A stretch of DNA of 64,000 nt from Rhizodiscina lignyota (lineage: Eukaryota). The position numbers and the translations under genes are program-made. The stretch covers positions 2,976,001 through 3,040,000 of the forward strand of contig ML978121.1 in assembly GCA_010015805.1 (NCBI GenBank). The letters run 5' to 3'. The notes below the pieces were generated by a model. That model had not been told where the DNA came from, searched no databases, and was given only the letters and a program-made list of their open reading frames with translations. This document shows positions 61,355 to 64,000 of this stretch, one piece after another; position 1 is the stretch's first letter; every line of letters begins with the position of its first letter.

Positions 61355-62177
61355 TTAATGAAACGGTGAAACAGCGTCGGAGTCATCGGAGTCGTGTTTC
61401 TTGGTCTTCTTTGACTTCTTACTCTTCTTGTCATCACTCCTCTTGCTGCTCGAAGACTTCTCTTTCTTCTTCTTTGCGGCCTTTCTTTTCTCCTCACTGT
61501 CGTCTGAATCTTCCTCCGACCAAGACGGCAGCTCATCCATATCAAGCTTACGAGTTCTGGTTGAACGACACTGGATCGTCTCACGCGGCTCCTCCATACC
61601 AAATCGGTCCGCCCGCACTTTCTGTTGCCGATTAATAACCGAGTACGTCTCGCCGCCTTGAGTTCGGAAGAGGTACTCGTCGAACTTGCGAGACGGGTGT
61701 GCCACCTGTTTGAAGTAGTCTGGTAGGAGTTGCGGCTTCTGCGAGGGATATATGTCCAGTGTCTCAAACTGAGCGAGTGCGATAGCTGTCTTGGATGCGT
61801 TGTAGATCTGCCTGCCGTACCAACGGCTGCCTTCGTCATTACTCTTAAAGTGCTTCTTAGCAAATTTGAGGAGGGCTTCTTCGTCGGCGTCGACCTGGTC
61901 CTGTGAACGTCTGAAATTGACGCGCCAGATCTCTTTAGATGTGCTCTAGTTGAGTGGTGGGTCTGAGGAGAGTTAGACTGGGCATACATGGATATTTGCT
62001 GCGTATGAAATTACAGTACAAACTGATGTGGATGCGAGATTTGAATGCCTCGTCAATAGTGCCAACGCGATTGGTCGTCAGGAAGAGAATACCAGAGTAA
62101 TATTCCAACATTCGCAAAAGGACTGACACCATGGCGTTACGCTTGAGGTCTTCGTTATTTCTCTTCAGGGGGAACAC
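61355..62177 (-). pseudogene. 5'-truncated fungal AAA+ ATPase pseudogene
   Basis: RNAMVSVLLRMLEYYSGILFLTTNRVGTIDEAFKSRIHISLY, then an intron, then YPPLN*STSKEIW...WYGRQIYNA..TAIALAQFE...FDEYL. In-frame TAG at 61946-61948; no Walker A or intact Walker B upstream. Confidence 0.8.
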
Positions 62178-62341
62178 CTTGGTTTTATCGAGGAGAAGCA
62201 GCTATATTGAGCTTTGCTTTTCCATTTTGCTAGCAATCTATTGAATGAAGTTGATACCTGGGATGCCTTGTGGCTGCCTTTCAACGAAGAACCACCATTT
62301 GGCGCAGATCCTCCATGATGAAAGTGTTGCTGCCAGTCAAT

Positions 62342-63767
62342 TCACTTTGGGCGATAGTATTCGATAGTGATCCTGTTCCCCTCGAAAATAAGACCATCAA
62401 GTTGATCAATGGCAGCCTGTGCCTCAGCCTCCGATGCAAGGGACACGAATGCAATCAGCCTCCGAGAGTAGAATGATGTTTTCATCTCAACCTGTCTGAC
62501 GGTGAAGTTCTTGAAAAGTCTGTGCACTCTGTCTTGGTACACTGTCTCTGGGGTAACACCCATCCCTCCGGCCATGGAGACTCCGCGAACGAAAAGACGC
62601 GACGTCGGAGCGGGGTAGGCCGACCCTTTTGTAGTTCGGCCTGAAGACAATGGCTCTAAAATAAATTATTAGTAGATCATAAAGATATGTGAGTGAAAAC
62701 TTGCCAGGTTTGCGCGAATCGATATCAAGTTTGATGCGTCGCGCTTCCGGTTCCCTCTTGTCATCGTCGTCTCCCTCAGCATTGATGTCCAAGTTGGAAC
62801 GCTTGAAGTACTGTATGTGACTCGTGCGGGCAGCGTCACCGGAGTGCACTGACAGCGCTGGGGTCGCTGGGGTCGCTGGGGTCGCCCGTGACAGTGTGGA
62901 AGGATTGGAAGGAAGGAGTGACCACATTAACTCTTCCACCCTATCCCACACCATCCATTCTGCCATTGAACTGGCAAGCAATTCAAGCTTTCCGTTCTCC
63001 TTTACCTTTACCAGAGATGGCAACGCAATTTCGAGCCGTGTGGCACCGAATTCTTCAATTATCTGTCGATAGATTCCCTCTGGGGTGGACCGTGCATCGC
63101 TTGAGGAGATCTTTCCAACATGCTCAAGATGAGGTACCAAAGCTGAGGGGTGCTGACCGACTAGGTGTTGTACCTGGTCTATTATGCGGCTTCTCGAACG
63201 AAGAATGTCGCGACGATCCGGGATGGAGTCAAGCGTTCTTATGTCGGCAGCAGTGATGAGGGTATTACGAACGTCCATCGCATGTTTCAGATGGAGAAGG
63301 ACATCCCCGGAACAGTCTTGGGTTGCGGCATCAGATAATTGCTGAGGAGAACCTTCCGTAGATTGAAATCGAACACTTGTGCCGTCATCACCGTTTTGCA
63401 GAGAGTCGTTGGTCACTGACAGAGCCAGACTGCCTGCCCGCTGGATGTTTTCGACAGCGAAATTCTGTTCAGGGGAAGCTCGGCTGATAATATCTTCCTG
63501 ATCGGATTCCGTGGCAGTGTTTGTGATTGAAGTCTGACGGTCATCTTTGTCGCGCATGTTAGATGTTCGGAGTTGTACTGGAGTACCGGTACCCCTACCA
63601 TTGGTAGTCAGGCCAGTACCGAATAGATCCCTTAGAGCTTTCTGAAAGTCGGATGACTCTAAGCTCGCGTGAAATACAGCTCGCAGTCTGTTCTGGAGAC
63701 CTCGAAAGTGTCCATCCTCCTCTTCCAGTTCGACCGCCTTTGCAAGAGCCGATTGAAGGACATCCAT
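62342..63767 (-). CDS. Orphan protein with C-terminal RRM (paralog B); GC-AG intron 62656-62704; a small upstream exon (ATG about 63887) is possible
   Basis: Shares RNTL, LVP(Y/H) and AEWMVWD(K/R)V with paralog A. The spliced last exon gives LFVRGV...AFVSLASEAEAQAAIDQLDGLIFEGNRITIEYY. Confidence 0.7.
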
Positions 63768-64000
63768 CACCGGCGGACCTGACCAGTGTTCACTGTTTGT
63801 TAGGAAGGATGTGTGTATCAAAACTGTGGTAGTGGAGACATCAAGCAGACTGGTGCAACAAATCTCCGGTCACTCTAGGTTTTGCATTGTGTTGAGTGCA
63901 GCTGCCTGTTGTGATGTGTCTCGATGGACGCCCTTTCCATTCCATTTCGGAAGGCCAGCACGGCGGCGCGGGCTCCATTGTAGGCTGTCAATCAATTGTG

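Overview
Gene-dense, intron-containing eukaryotic DNA from a filamentous ascomycete. Introns are mostly about 45-100 nt, GT-AG or GC-AG, with CTAAC/CTGAC branch points. I built about 30 protein-coding gene models by hand: a PNPOx-like protein, a DPR-repeat dehydrin, mitochondrial EF-Tu divergent from EHD3, F-box, OsmC-like, PA/M28-like, S28 peptidase, TPR protein, FAD monooxygenase, ERG4, MAG2/RNF10 head-to-head with UBP3/USP10, GPI-anchored PEBP, a GPCR, VMA22, deoC, BTB, secreted PLA2, MFS, aldehyde reductase, an RDEL-ending agmatinase-family enzyme, an amino-acid permease and NHA1. The window also holds a TA-flanked Tc1/mariner-type MITE and a terminal cluster of three related orphan genes (two with a C-terminal RRM) around a broken AAA ATPase. 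The most notable observations are: (1) an E3 ligase and its probable opposing DUB for 40S ubiquitylation sit head-to-head, and the ligase has a structured intron that may loop out a poison exon; (2) an apparent 1-nt exon between two 64-nt introns; (3) the orphan helical-module/RRM gene family; (4) an AT-hook in the N-terminal extension of ERG4; (5) four GC-AG introns. All calls come from motif recognition by eye; no database search was run.
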